This document shows positions 23,830 to 33,460 of a DNA stretch of 64,000 bases, piece by piece. The position numbers and the translations under genes are program-made. The DNA is taken from positions 744,001-808,000 of the forward strand of contig OZ025649.1 in the NCBI GenBank assembly GCA_964019335.1, written 5' to 3'. The notes under the pieces are model-generated. The model saw nothing but the letters and a program-made list of their open reading frames with translations, was not told the origin of the DNA and did not search any database. The number at the start of each line of letters is the position of its first letter. Within the stretch, counting starts at the first letter, position 1. Source of the stretch: Diplonema japonicum (Eukaryota; Protista; Euglenozoa: Diplonemea).

Positions 23830-24069
23830 GTATGTCACTCTGCCTTTGTGGTCACCCCTACCTTCAGGTCTTCGAAGATAGGGTTGTACGACTTGGGGGG
23901 GGCCGGCCCTAACAGACCTTACGTCGCCACCACTAACGCCTTGTCCCGTTTGGACACCCCTATACGTGCGGGGCCGGCCAGGATTTAGCCGCGAGTTGTA
24001 GCCAAGTCGTACGAGCTTCCTTCGCGCAGAGAGATGACATTGCTGTGACCCGTTGTCGTCGTCGTCGTG

Positions 24070-24310
24070 TATTATTTTTTTTTTATTTTTATTTTTTTTT
24101 TTGTTGTTTTTTTTTTTTTCTCTTGTTCTTTTATTTTCTTTATGTTTTTTTTTTTTTTTTGTTATTTTTTTTTTTGTTTTTGTTTTTTTTTTTATGGTTT
24201 TTTTTTTTTTTTTTTTTTTATTTTTTTATTATTTTTTTTTTTTGTAGACGAATTGGGGGGTTGGGGGCTTAATAGGGAAACACTTTCTTTTTTCTTTTTT
24301 TTTTCTTTCT
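24070..24310. repeat. Degenerate T-rich tract (A-rich on minus strand)
   Basis: ~240 bp, almost all T with scattered A/G/C, between the ORF1-like gene and the LINE leader. Confidence 0.85.
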
Positions 24311-25701
24311 TATCTATTATGGTAAAATGGAAAAAACTTATCACCTTTTTCACCTCTTCTTTGATTTTCCGCCTTTCCCGGACTTCTTCGCTGTGTCCGG
24401 TGTGCTCGGTGTCGGCGATGTCGAGGTGGAGGAGGAGGTTGTCCCCTTCGAACCCTTCGAGCCCCCTGGTGCGTAGGGCGCTGCCTTCAGCGACACCTTT
24501 GCAGAGGCTCATTCCTGGCCCCTGCGCCTTCCTGGTTTTGCTCCGGCGGGAGTGTCTTCCAACTCCGTTTCCGAGCCCGAGGATGGCTGGTGTTGCTGTG
24601 GGGTGTTCGGTTCCAGCTCCGGTCCGATGAATTTGGACGGTGTCGGGGCTGTGGGTGTGGCGGTGGTTTGGGCCTTTTTGGCCTTTAGGGCCGTTCTTCT
24701 GGCGCATCATGGCACGCACCCCTTTCTCCAGAGCCTCCTGTTGACTCCTCAGCTGCTCCATCAGAGCCGGGAGGCTGGTCCTGATCTCTGCCAGACCCTC
24801 TCCCTGCTTCCGCAGCTCCTCCCCCTGCACACTTACCTGTTTCTGCAGGGGTTGGATGCTGGTCTGGACGGCTGCCAGTCCTTCCCCCTGCTTCAGCACC
24901 GCCTCCCCTTGCGCACTGACCTGTTTCTGCAGGGCCGGGTAACTGGACTGTGCTTCTGCCAGAGACGTCCTCTGTCTCTGCAGTTCCTCTCTCTGCGCGG
25001 TGATCTCCTGTCTCTGCGCCGAGAGTTCGGCCCTCTGCGCCGCAACTTCTTGATGCAGATTCTGCATCTGGGCTACCATATCTGGCGAGATTGTTGCCTG
25101 TTGTTGCTGTTGTTGGGGGGGCTCCTGTGTGTTTTTTTGGGGTGTGGCGGTCCTCTTCCTCCACTCTTCTACTGCCTTGCAGTAGAGCTGCCACCCTACC
25201 GACCGGCCGTAGAATTCCAGAAATTCTTCTGGGCTGTACCTGTCTTGGTGGACTTTTGTTCTTTTTTTTTTTTCTTCCCCCTTCCTCGACCACTTCTTCC
25301 CTCCTGCAGCCCTGGACTCCAGGGGGTCGGCCACCTTTATCGCCGGCAGGACTTCTGCCGTGGCGCCGTTCACCTTGATGCAGGTGTGGTGGGGGGGGGT
25401 GCGTGCGGTGTAGAGGAGGAAGGACGCGCCTTCCGTCGTCAGGATGACGACCTTCTCGGTCTGCTCTGAGACCGTTGCTGCGAGAATCGCAGCTGCGCCC
25501 TTCTCCTCCACTCCCTTCAGGCAGCGGACCGATGATCCAGTTGCCCTTCCGCACCTCGTCCTTTTTCTCCTTCTTCTTCTCTTCTTCTTCTTCGAATACC
25601 AGATTTAACTCTGGCATCGCCGCGGCGTCTTCGTCCACCTGCATCTGCAGGCTGTCCAGTGGGGGCCTCGTGGAGGCGTCCGCGCTGGTCTGCTGATCCA
25701 T
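24310..25701 (-). CDS. ORF1/gag-like coiled-coil protein, frameshifted near 25512; 3' end uncertain
   Basis: ATG 25701 (MDQQ..GNWIIGPLPEG) continues in another frame (EEKGAAAILAATV..); ~28 aa heptad repeats PALQKQVSAQGE..KQGEGLA; same strand and GC content as the adjacent LINE. Confidence 0.55.
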
Positions 25702-25760
25702 TTTTATAAATTTTTATTAAAATTTATTATGTGATAGTGTATCAGACCCCCCACCTAACC

Positions 25761-25973
25761 TTTTTTTTCAAAATACCAATGCAGGGCCGCCATGGAGAGC
25801 AACACCTGAGAAAAGGGAAAAAAGGTGAAGGGAAACCATGGGGAAATAGGGAGGGCAATGGACCAGGCTTCTGCAAGCAGGAGGAGCCCTGGTCCCCCAC
25901 CAACCCGTGCTCTGCTTTGGGACAGCCGAAGAGGGCTGAATTACATTATTCCCTCAGTCAAGTGAGAGAAAAA
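25761..25973 (-). repeat. ~215 bp direct repeat, copy 1 (structured 5' half, polypyrimidine tract + AG, A-run end)
   Basis: Matches 26830-27049 except one substitution (GGGCAATGG vs GGGCAAAGG) and homopolymer lengths. Confidence 0.95.
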
Positions 25974-25975
25974 CG

Positions 25976-26826
25976 GGGGCCTACCTTCCAGCTGGATGTC
26001 CTTCTTTGGCTGGAACCTCCGGCGGAAAGCCCCCCAGGGAGGTATTGCTCTTATTGAGCGAATCATTGGTGAGTGTGAAAATAATAAGGAGAAATGGGAA
26101 ACAGTGAGAGGAAGGGGAAGGAAGGGAAAGGAAAGTGGGAAACACAACATTCCATTTAACACACACACACGGGGCGATCCCTTAGCGCAGCACGGGGGCC
26201 GCGGGACCGGCGTCAAGAGAGACCGGAGGAGGGGGCGGCACGTTTGAAGGTGCAGTGACGTCTGTAGACGCCAGGGATGATGGCGAGGTGAACAGTCCGG
26301 AGCGTGACCAGGCGAGCAGGCCAGACTCAACAATGAGGTCGTAGATCTGGGTCACGCGTCTCGACAGGGAGGACGCTAGGGAGGGAGTACCAGCAGGAGT
26401 GTCGATCGCCCCCCTCCCGATCACAGGGCACCCACCGACAACATGCTCCCTGGACATCGGTGCTGCGTGGCAGGCTGGGCACCGGAGCACACCCTTGTGC
26501 TTCCTGTTCGGGCCAGCAGCCTGCAGGAAGCCGAAGAAGAGAGCCGAGTGACCAATCCGCAGCCGCGAGATGACCGTTTCAGCTTGTCTGGGGAAGCCAA
26601 GGGGGAAGTGCGCGGACCGAAGCTCGGTCGCCACCGCGTAGTTGTGGGCGAGGGATGTTATGAGCTCCGCGGACCTCCGCACCACCCACCGTCGCACCAG
26701 GGCCCTCACTGATCGGTAGTCAAGGGAGGGCCTGTCCTGCTTCCGCTTCGTTCCCTCCCCGGCCAGAGCGTCAGCCTTCTCGTTCCCGTCCACCCCACAG
26801 TGAGAGGGCACAAACTGGAGGAGATT
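25976..26826 (-). mobile_element. 5'-truncated LINE of a second family (RNase H C-terminus, Zn knuckle, 3' UTR)
   Basis: LQFVPSHCGVDGNEKADALA, ISRLRIGHS, CPACHAAPMSREHVVGGC; stop at 26182; divergent from the LINE at 19848-23829. Confidence 0.88.
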
Positions 26827-26829
26827 ACA

Positions 26830-27049
26830 TTTTTTTTTTTCAAAATACCAATGCAGGGCCGCCATGGAGAGCAACACCTGAGAAAAGGGAAAAAAAGGTG
26901 AAGGGAAACCATGGGGAAATAGGGAGGGCAAAGGACCAGGCTTCTGCAAGCAGGAGGAGCCCTGGTCCCCCACCAACCCGTGCTCTGCTTTGGGACAGCC
27001 GAAGAGGGCTGAATTACATTATTCCCTCAGTCAAGTGAGAGAAAAAAAA
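26830..27049 (-). repeat. ~215 bp direct repeat, copy 2
   Basis: Near-identical to 25761-25973. Confidence 0.95.
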
Positions 27050-27053
27050 CACA

Positions 27054-27290
27054 TTTTTTTTTGCAATAATAACCACTGGGGGGAAACTGGGGGGTGGGGG
27101 GTGTGTTCCAGTCTTTTGTCTGGAGGAACCGAGAGGGCCACCACTTGGGTTGGACCATCCCTCTGGCTCTCCGTTCCCCTTGCGTGGGACAGCCGACTTG
27201 GCTGATTACATGCGGGGCGAACCCCTCGAGATTCAACGCAGGAGCGTCCTCGTGCTGCGTCCTGCGCCCTCCCGGCCATCCGTGACCATC
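27054..27290 (-). other. Structured short element related to the 215 bp repeat, ending in an A-run
   Basis: Hairpins CGCAGGA/TCCTGCG, GGGG-TTCG-CCCC, CAGCC/GGCTG, TCCC/GGGA, GGAGAGCCAGAGGG/CCCTCTCGGTTCCTCC; shared motif ATGTAATCAGCC..CGGCTGTCCCA. Confidence 0.5.
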
Positions 27291-27335
27291 TATTCTGCCA
27301 TTTATCTCGAGGAAGTTAAAAGCAGGGAGAAAAAG

Positions 27336-27407
27336 TGGACATTGAGGGGTTCGAACCCTCGACCTCCCGTATGCAGAACGGGCGCTCTACCACTGAGCTA
27401 AACGCCC
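27336..27407 (-). tRNA. tRNA-Ala (TGC)
   Basis: GGGCGTT TA GCTC AGTGGTA GAGC G CCCGT TCTGCAT ACGGG AGGTC GAGGG TTCGAAC CCCTC AATGTCC A; G3:U70 alanine identity pair; T5 terminator. Confidence 0.93.
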
Positions 27408-27409
27408 AA

Positions 27410-27630
27410 CACGATCGTTGCCCCAGGTCGAGGATCGGCTTCTGGAAGACACGCAGCCCTGCGTCTGTCACGCTCCCAGTCCTCAACCGCGTCCGCTTTC
27501 CGCTCCAGTCCAGCCATGTTCTCCTGCCCAGAGGAGATCCCGACCACTACGTCGTCGGCGTAGAGCACCAAGACATCGCCAGTCCCTCTAGTCTCCTGGC
27601 GAGTTCGTCAACATACCTCGTCCATTCAAC
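27410..27630 (-). pseudogene. Reverse transcriptase remnant abutting the tRNA-Ala 5' end
   Basis: Minus-strand translation WTRYVDELARRLE (frameshift) GDVLVLYADDVVVG..AVEDW, i.e. the LINE RT YADD region. Confidence 0.75.
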
Positions 27631-28154
27631 GAAGGTTTCAGGGAGACTCGCGGTCTTTTGTTGTTCTCTTGGGGATTTTCAGTTGCAATTTGTTTCTCAT
27701 TTTTTTCACAGGGAGAGCGATGTTTCGTCAGATGAGTCGGTAGGCAACATCCCGATTGGAAGACGTATGTCAATTAAACAATCAAATCACAATCGTAATT
27801 CAGGAGGCACCTTTTTGTGATAGGCATGCAAGGGTTGGTTCCTATCAAACTGAAGTTGGCTTTCTTGGGCCAGCAGCTTGTGCATGGGGGTAAGCAGCTG
27901 ATATAGCATGCTGAGGTCGTGAGACGAGAAACAATAGATAGTCTATCGATAAAAGGGACTGAGCTCGTCTTAGCGGCTGCTCTTTTTCTTTTCCTCCCCC
28001 ATCGCCTTTACCTTTTTCTTTTCCTTTTTTCCCTTTTTCTTTTTTTCGTTGCTTTCTTTTTCTTCAATTTACTTTTTCTTCTTTTTCTGGTTGTCTGTTT
28101 TTCTTTCTTTCTTTTGTTTGATGCAAATAAATACAGCAATACAGCAGCACGTGT

Positions 28155-29339
28155 ATGTCGGACATCGAGAGCTTGTTCAGCTTTGAAGACGTTGATGCGA
28201 GTGAGGAAGTGATTGTAGTTGACGACTCTGACGAGATGTTAGTGAAGTGGTATGGAAGAACGAAGCGGGACCTTCCTTGGAGGCTAACCAATAACAGCTA
28301 CGGGATCTGGGTAAGTGAAATCATGCTGCAACAGACCAAGGTGGCGACAGTGGTGGAATACTGGAACAAGTGGATGGCAACGTTCCCTACAGCCAAGCAC
28401 GTCGCAGATGCCAGCCTCGAAGATGTAAAGTCCCTTTGGGCAGGGCTCGGTTACTATCGAAGAGCCGAGAACTTACACAAAGGTTGTATCTATGTTGTGG
28501 ACAACCACCAGGGCAAGCTCCCCGTCACCGACGTGAAGGCTCTTCTCAAGATCCCAGGAATCGGGCCCTACACAGCCGGTGCTATCTCTTCCATCGCAGG
28601 CGGTGTTGCTGTACCGTCTGTCGATGGCAACTTCGTAAGAGTCATCAGCCGCTGGAAAGGTCTCGCCAATATTGAACAGAACGCTAAGTCCGTCGCACTG
28701 ATCGAAGTCATCTGCAGAGACTTGATATCGCAAACTCATCCAGGTGACTGGAACCAAGCCATCATGGATATCGGTGCTACAATATGCACGCCTATAAAGA
28801 CGGACTGCGCACGATGCCCTTTGAAAACAGAATGTAAAGCGAAGAGCATGTTAGAAAAAGGGGAGATACCGAATATAATAGGGGTGATACCTTTGAAGAA
28901 GGAGAAGGTAAAGAAGCGGGAAGAAACATGGACAGTGATAGTGCCTGTAGTAGACGGGGAAAGAGTAGTGATGGTGCAGCGCCCAGAGACAGGGCTGCTC
29001 GCTGGCATGTGGGAATTCCCGAATAGTGTTTCGCCCACTGTTTTGCGGCCTAAGAAGAAGACACGTGTCGATAGTGGTGCTGTGGCCACGTCGTTGGGGC
29101 TGCCATCCGTTCCCCTGCAACCTGCTGTTACTGTCACCCATCAGTTCACTCATATTGACTGCACGCTACTTGCCCATCGCACTGATCTCACAGCTGCCTC
29201 AGTCAGCCCCATTTTAGCTTCCTTGAGATCGGCAGGAACTGAGCCTGTAATTCTTCCTGTCGATGACATCACAGGCCAAAAAAGCAAACATAACCCTGTC
29301 TCGGAGCAGATGAGAAAGGTTCTCAAGGCCTGTCTTTAA
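28155..29339 (+). CDS. mutY: A/G-specific adenine DNA glycosylase
   Basis: [29 protein letters not shown], Hh[21 protein letters not shown], Fe-[28 protein letters not shown]. Confidence 0.96.
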   Translation: MSDIESLFSFEDVDASEEVIVVDDSDEMLVKWYGRTKRDLPWRLTNNSYGIWVSEIMLQQTKVATVVEYWNKWMATFPTAKHVADASLEDVKSLWAGLGYYRRAENLHKGCIYVVDNHQGKLPVTDVKALLKIPGIGPYTAGAISSIAGGVAVPSVDGNFVRVISRWKGLANIEQNAKSVALIEVICRDLISQTHPGDWNQAIMDIGATICTPIKTDCARCPLKTECKAKSMLEKGEIPNIIGVIPLKKEKVKKREETWTVIVPVVDGERVVMVQRPETGLLAGMWEFPNSVSPTVLRPKKKTRVDSGAVATSLGLPSVPLQPAVTVTHQFTHIDCTLLAHRTDLTAASVSPILASLRSAGTEPVILPVDDITGQKSKHNPVSEQMRKVLKACL

Positions 29340-29428
29340 CCATTTGTACTAGTTGTTCTTTTATATATTTTTTTACCAAGGAACCTGTGCCATACTTCCA
29401 TCAGCGGTATTTCAAGTATATCATAAAA

Positions 29429-29937
29429 ATGTCGATATCAACACAGTCGTTTAGCCTGAAGACGAGGCGTGTGGTGAAGATGAATGCTGATGATGATGAC
29501 ATTGAGGAGGATGCGATGTTGACAACGGAGGACAAAGAGACGAAGGTGGCAGAGAAAGGGTCAGACTGCAGGACGCAGAAAAAGGCGTGTGCAAACTGCA
29601 CATGTGGCAGGTGTGTCTTTTTTTTCTTTCTTCCCGTCATTTCAATTGTTCATTTTTTCCTTTTGCAGAGCCGAGGAAGAGCAGTCGGAGAGGGCCGCAG
29701 CTGATGCGGAGACCAAAAAGGTTGCACCTCCCAAAAAGATCACATTGAGCGATGGCGATGCCATGCCATTCACAGGGTATGTTTTCCATGTTGACACTCT
29801 CATGACCCTTTTGCAGGTGTGGTAGTTGCTCGCAGGGCGACGCTTTCCGATGTGCTTCGTGCCCGTTCCTCGGCCAGCCTTCTTTCAAGGAAGGCGCCGA
29901 CGGGAAGGTTAAGCTGAGTCTCTCCGATGATATTTGA
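29429..29937 (+). CDS. DRE2: Anamorsin/Dre2 homolog, short form with Fe-S domain only; introns 29611-29668, 29777-29816
   Basis: [14 protein letters not shown] and [25 protein letters not shown] after splicing. Confidence 0.92.
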
Positions 29938-30123
29938 CCATAATACCTCATCCATCACGCCACCAACGAGCAGATGAGTGATCCAGCACTGACCCCACAA
30001 CAATTTAGAAGGGACATTACTGGGTGCGTCTTTTTTTTTTCTCTTCCCCCCCCCTTTTTTTTTGTCCTGGCTAGCTAGTTTTCGTATTTCTGACTTTTGT
30101 TGTCTACTCAAGCCCGACTAGGC

Positions 30124-31149
30124 ATGGACCGCAATGATGAGGTGAGAAGCGATCTGAGCAGCATACTAAAGAGGCTCAAAACAAAGGTACGGAATGCATC
30201 ACGGTCACCAAGAAGAGTAAGGGAACAGTCCCCGCAGCCAAGCACCGGGCGGTCGCCTCGAAGGATGTTGGAGACGAGGGGGGAGAGCTTGGACAGAGAA
30301 ATAGATATATACCTGCAGCAGACGAGTGGAAGGGAGCTTGAGAGGTCACTGTCGCCAGTCCCGTCGCCACACATGTCACACAGCATGACGCCTCGCTCTC
30401 ACGCCGACACTCCTGACATACTTAGGCTGCCTTGCAGAACGGCCGGAGTCCTCCTCGAAATGGGCATCCGCAGGAACTGGACGACGCAGCGAATCGCACA
30501 GGTCGGTGAATTCCTCGTGGCCAACAACCTCCCTCGACCCACCATACGGCACAAGGGGCACCTCCTCCGCATTTTAACGGAAGAAGAGGTCGACCTGCTC
30601 ACCTCACTGTCCTTCAACACAGACTCGATGTTGTACTTCGCTTATGGACACTTGATGGGAAAGGAAGGGTGGGGAAATATAGGTGTCCCCGAATGGGTTC
30701 TGAGTGGTTGCAGCAGACAGCTAGCTGAGATTAAGGACTTCAAGTTGAAATACTGTCACCAGTCTTTCACTCTGCGTGGCGGCTCCAGGGAGGGCCTACC
30801 ATCGTTGGAGAAGTCAGCTGACCACTCCGTTTTCGGCGTAGCATACGCAATTCCCCCGCAGGTCTTTATCCTCGCAGCGTCAAACCTTCCCGGCTTCACC
30901 ATCCTCAGCCCTACTGTGTACATTTGCAATAGCTACGTACGGAAAAAGGTAGTTGCCTTGACTTCGACACACAAGAACCCAGGCCTTGTACCGTCGAAGC
31001 AATATATTAGAAGGATGGTCTCGGCGGGTGACGACATCCTACCCATGTCCTACCTAGAGTACCTCATCGAGGTAGCAAACACTAGAACTTCCGCCAGGCC
31101 TTCGATGGCCCGGCGGCACCAATCCCTTGTGCTGTCAAGGGTGCAGTAG
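30124..31149 (+). CDS. Hypothetical protein with gamma-glutamylcyclotransferase-like C-terminal domain
   Basis: LYFAYGHLM, VFGVAYAI, PSKQYIRRM..LPMSYLEYL resemble the GGCT fold. Confidence 0.65.
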   Translation: MDRNDEVRSDLSSILKRLKTKVRNASRSPRRVREQSPQPSTGRSPRRMLETRGESLDREIDIYLQQTSGRELERSLSPVPSPHMSHSMTPRSHADTPDILRLPCRTAGVLLEMGIRRNWTTQRIAQVGEFLVANNLPRPTIRHKGHLLRILTEEEVDLLTSLSFNTDSMLYFAYGHLMGKEGWGNIGVPEWVLSGCSRQLAEIKDFKLKYCHQSFTLRGGSREGLPSLEKSADHSVFGVAYAIPPQVFILAASNLPGFTILSPTVYICNSYVRKKVVALTSTHKNPGLVPSKQYIRRMVSAGDDILPMSYLEYLIEVANTRTSARPSMARRHQSLVLSRVQ

Positions 31150-31231
31150 ATTTGACCCTTTAATTGTTATAAGCATAGCAAATACATTTTAGTAGGCCTT
31201 TCATCGCACACCACAACAGGCTAGAGATGAT

Positions 31232-32713
31232 ATGGACAACGACATCGAAGCATTGTTGAAGGAAGTAAAGCGGCTCAGGAGTATCGAGAAGACAGCCAGG
31301 AAGTATGCCGCGAGAGCAGAGGCGGCTTGCATACGGGAAGGTCTGTTGAGAGATGACATGGAGGGGAGAGTGCTGGCAATGGTGGAAAACGAAAGGCGGC
31401 TGTTTGATGAGCTTGAAGGTGTGAAGGAGCTGGTGAAGGAAAGCGAGGCAGAACTGTTGATGGTGCGGCAGAAGTCTAGAGAGGCGGAACAGAAGCACGA
31501 AAGAGAACTTGCTGAGGTAGAAGGCAGACTCCTTGTGCAGCTTGCAGATGTTGAGGAAGACGCCTCGAAGTCGCTGACGGCCGAGGTTGCTGCACTGCAG
31601 TGCCGTTTGAAGGAAGCGGAAAAGTCAAACAAGGCAGGCGGGATTCTCATAGAGCAGCTGTCGAAACGCTTGGCAGAGTCGGGGTTGGAGGTATCGCATT
31701 TGAAGGATGTCAACACAGAGCTGGTGAACACTTTGAATGACGATGACAGCCTGCGGCGTGCACAGGAAAAGATAGAAGCGTTGGAAGAGAGGTGTCTGCA
31801 AGCATCGAAGACGATAGCACGGCTGCAGCTGCAGCACGATGAGACGGACCTGATTCGAAAGCGGCTGAACGTTCTACAGCAGCACACCGAGTCGCTCGCG
31901 TCAGCGAATGCAAGTTCTACATTCACACAAGAAGCGAGGCACTCCGCCTCGCTTCAGAGAGAGCTCGAAGAGATGCGCGAGGAACGCGACATGCTGTCTG
32001 TCCTTGTCTCTGAAAGCGACTTCATGCTCAAGTCACGCTCAGAGCTCGTTCGCCAGTTGTGGAAGTTCTACAACGATGTTAAGAACACCAGCAACACGCT
32101 GCAGGGCCTTCAAGCATCCTCTTCTGTCCGTTCTTTTCCCAGCAACAACCACATCAAAAAACAGCTTCTTGTCAGTCTGGAGAGCATCCAATCTGCGAAG
32201 GGCAAGGGCAGGTGGATCATCTCGAATTACCTGACAGAAGTTGAGAAGCTGCATCTGGGGATACCAATCTCGTTTTTCCAACCGGACGACAAGGTGATCA
32301 ACAGTTTGGGTTTGGAGCCGAACAAGGAGCTCGACATGGAGTTGAAGAGGATGGGGGGGTATGAGTTCGTGAAGAGCAACATCGATGAGCTTATAGGGGA
32401 GGCGAGGAGGCGGGGGTTTCCTATTGAGGAGTTTACGGATATCTTGCCGCCTGCAGCGACAACGGCATACTCACCAGCTAGGTACAGGGCATCGGAGTGG
32501 AATCAGGCAGTGGACTCGCCGCCGAGGCCGCACTTGCGCAGCCTTTCACCACGGCTACGGAAGGGAGGTGCTCCTAAGGATTCTCTCACCTATGCCTCGC
32601 AACCCCCCTCGCCTTCACGTCGCAGGTCGGGACCCCAGCTTGAAGGCGTGTCTGAAGCAAGCGAGCCAGACCTCATCTCCCAGCTCCGTTCTGCTAGTAC
32701 CAGCAGATGGTAA
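31232..32713 (+). CDS. Coiled-coil protein
   Basis: 493 aa ORF, E/L/K/R heptads. Confidence 0.75.
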   Translation: MDNDIEALLKEVKRLRSIEKTARKYAARAEAACIREGLLRDDMEGRVLAMVENERRLFDELEGVKELVKESEAELLMVRQKSREAEQKHERELAEVEGRLLVQLADVEEDASKSLTAEVAALQCRLKEAEKSNKAGGILIEQLSKRLAESGLEVSHLKDVNTELVNTLNDDDSLRRAQEKIEALEERCLQASKTIARLQLQHDETDLIRKRLNVLQQHTESLASANASSTFTQEARHSASLQRELEEMREERDMLSVLVSESDFMLKSRSELVRQLWKFYNDVKNTSNTLQGLQASSSVRSFPSNNHIKKQLLVSLESIQSAKGKGRWIISNYLTEVEKLHLGIPISFFQPDDKVINSLGLEPNKELDMELKRMGGYEFVKSNIDELIGEARRRGFPIEEFTDILPPAATTAYSPARYRASEWNQAVDSPPRPHLRSLSPRLRKGGAPKDSLTYASQPPSPSRRRSGPQLEGVSEASEPDLISQLRSASTSRW

Positions 32714-33460
32714 GCAATGCTCTTCCTCCTCTCCATGCAAACAAGACCATCACTTCCAGTGTTTCTCCCTTGCGATGTTGCCGAGGGCCAGCGATCCGCT
32801 AGATGCGACGAGACTAGAAGAAGAATAAGGACAATAACGAAAGAACAACAAAAGAACAAAAAGTAAAAAAGGTTTTTATCTTTCCCCCTTCTTCCCCCCC
32901 ATACCCCCAATACCCCTTTTGGTTCTTTCTCCCCTTCCTTGTGTTTTTTGTATCCCCCCCTTGAAAGAGGAGCTCCCCCCCACCTGGGTCACGAGGCGTA
33001 AGACAGCATGACACACAGCCGCTCCTTTTTTTTTCTTCTTGGTTTCCGTTACCTTTTATGGTGCGCGGGTTTCTTCTTGTCAATAAGGTGCAAGCCTGTC
33101 TCTTTAAAATAACAAAAGTGGTGCGATTGTCATCAGAGTGGATTCCTAGGTGGTTTCGCATACCTTCAGTATTGTCTTGGAGGAAGGGGTCTGGGTTATG
33201 TACAGCGAACCTGTTGGGCCCAGTGGCGTAACAAGAAACAGAAAAAAAGGAAGAAAAAAGAAAGGAGAAAAAAAAAAAAGAAAAGAAAAAAAAAGAAAGA
33301 TCACAGTGAAGGAATGAGGAGAAACCACGAAATTTGATACCTTGGTTTTTTTATTATTATTCTTCTTCAACTTTTTTTCTTTCCGCACTCGTCTGTGAGT
33401 TCATTAAGATACTGCCTCCCCCTCCTCCTCTGGTCATTTTTACCCATCCCAAGGTGACGG

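Larger units (their letters stand above)
19594..24052 (-). mobile_element. Non-LTR retrotransposon of the Ingi/I group, near full length
   Basis: Structured 5' leader, 2A-APE-RT-RNaseH-Zn knuckle ORF, pyrimidine-rich 3' UTR, A-rich tail at 19594-19625; boundaries approximate. Confidence 0.9.

Noticed and set aside
23830-24052. HDV-like Pr77 ribozyme at the LINE 5' end
   Set aside because: The crossing helices lack the L3, P1.1, P4 and J4/2 elements, so it is reported only as a different pseudoknot.
25761-27049. LTR retrotransposon interpretation of the direct repeats
   Set aside because: No TG..CA ends, PBS, PPT, protease or integrase; the internal sequence is LINE-type RNase H.
27241-27270. 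TCCTCGT resembling an HDV L3 on the + strand
   Set aside because: No valid P3 or P1 partners; local G-U pairs favour the minus strand.
27336-27407. Reading this tRNA as Cys (GCA)
   Set aside because: The anticodon stem pairs only with TGC centred, and G3:U70 marks alanine.
28155-29937. Functional clustering of Fe-S enzyme MutY with Fe-S assembly factor Dre2
   Set aside because: Neighbours in such gene arrays are generally unrelated; one adjacency is not evidence.
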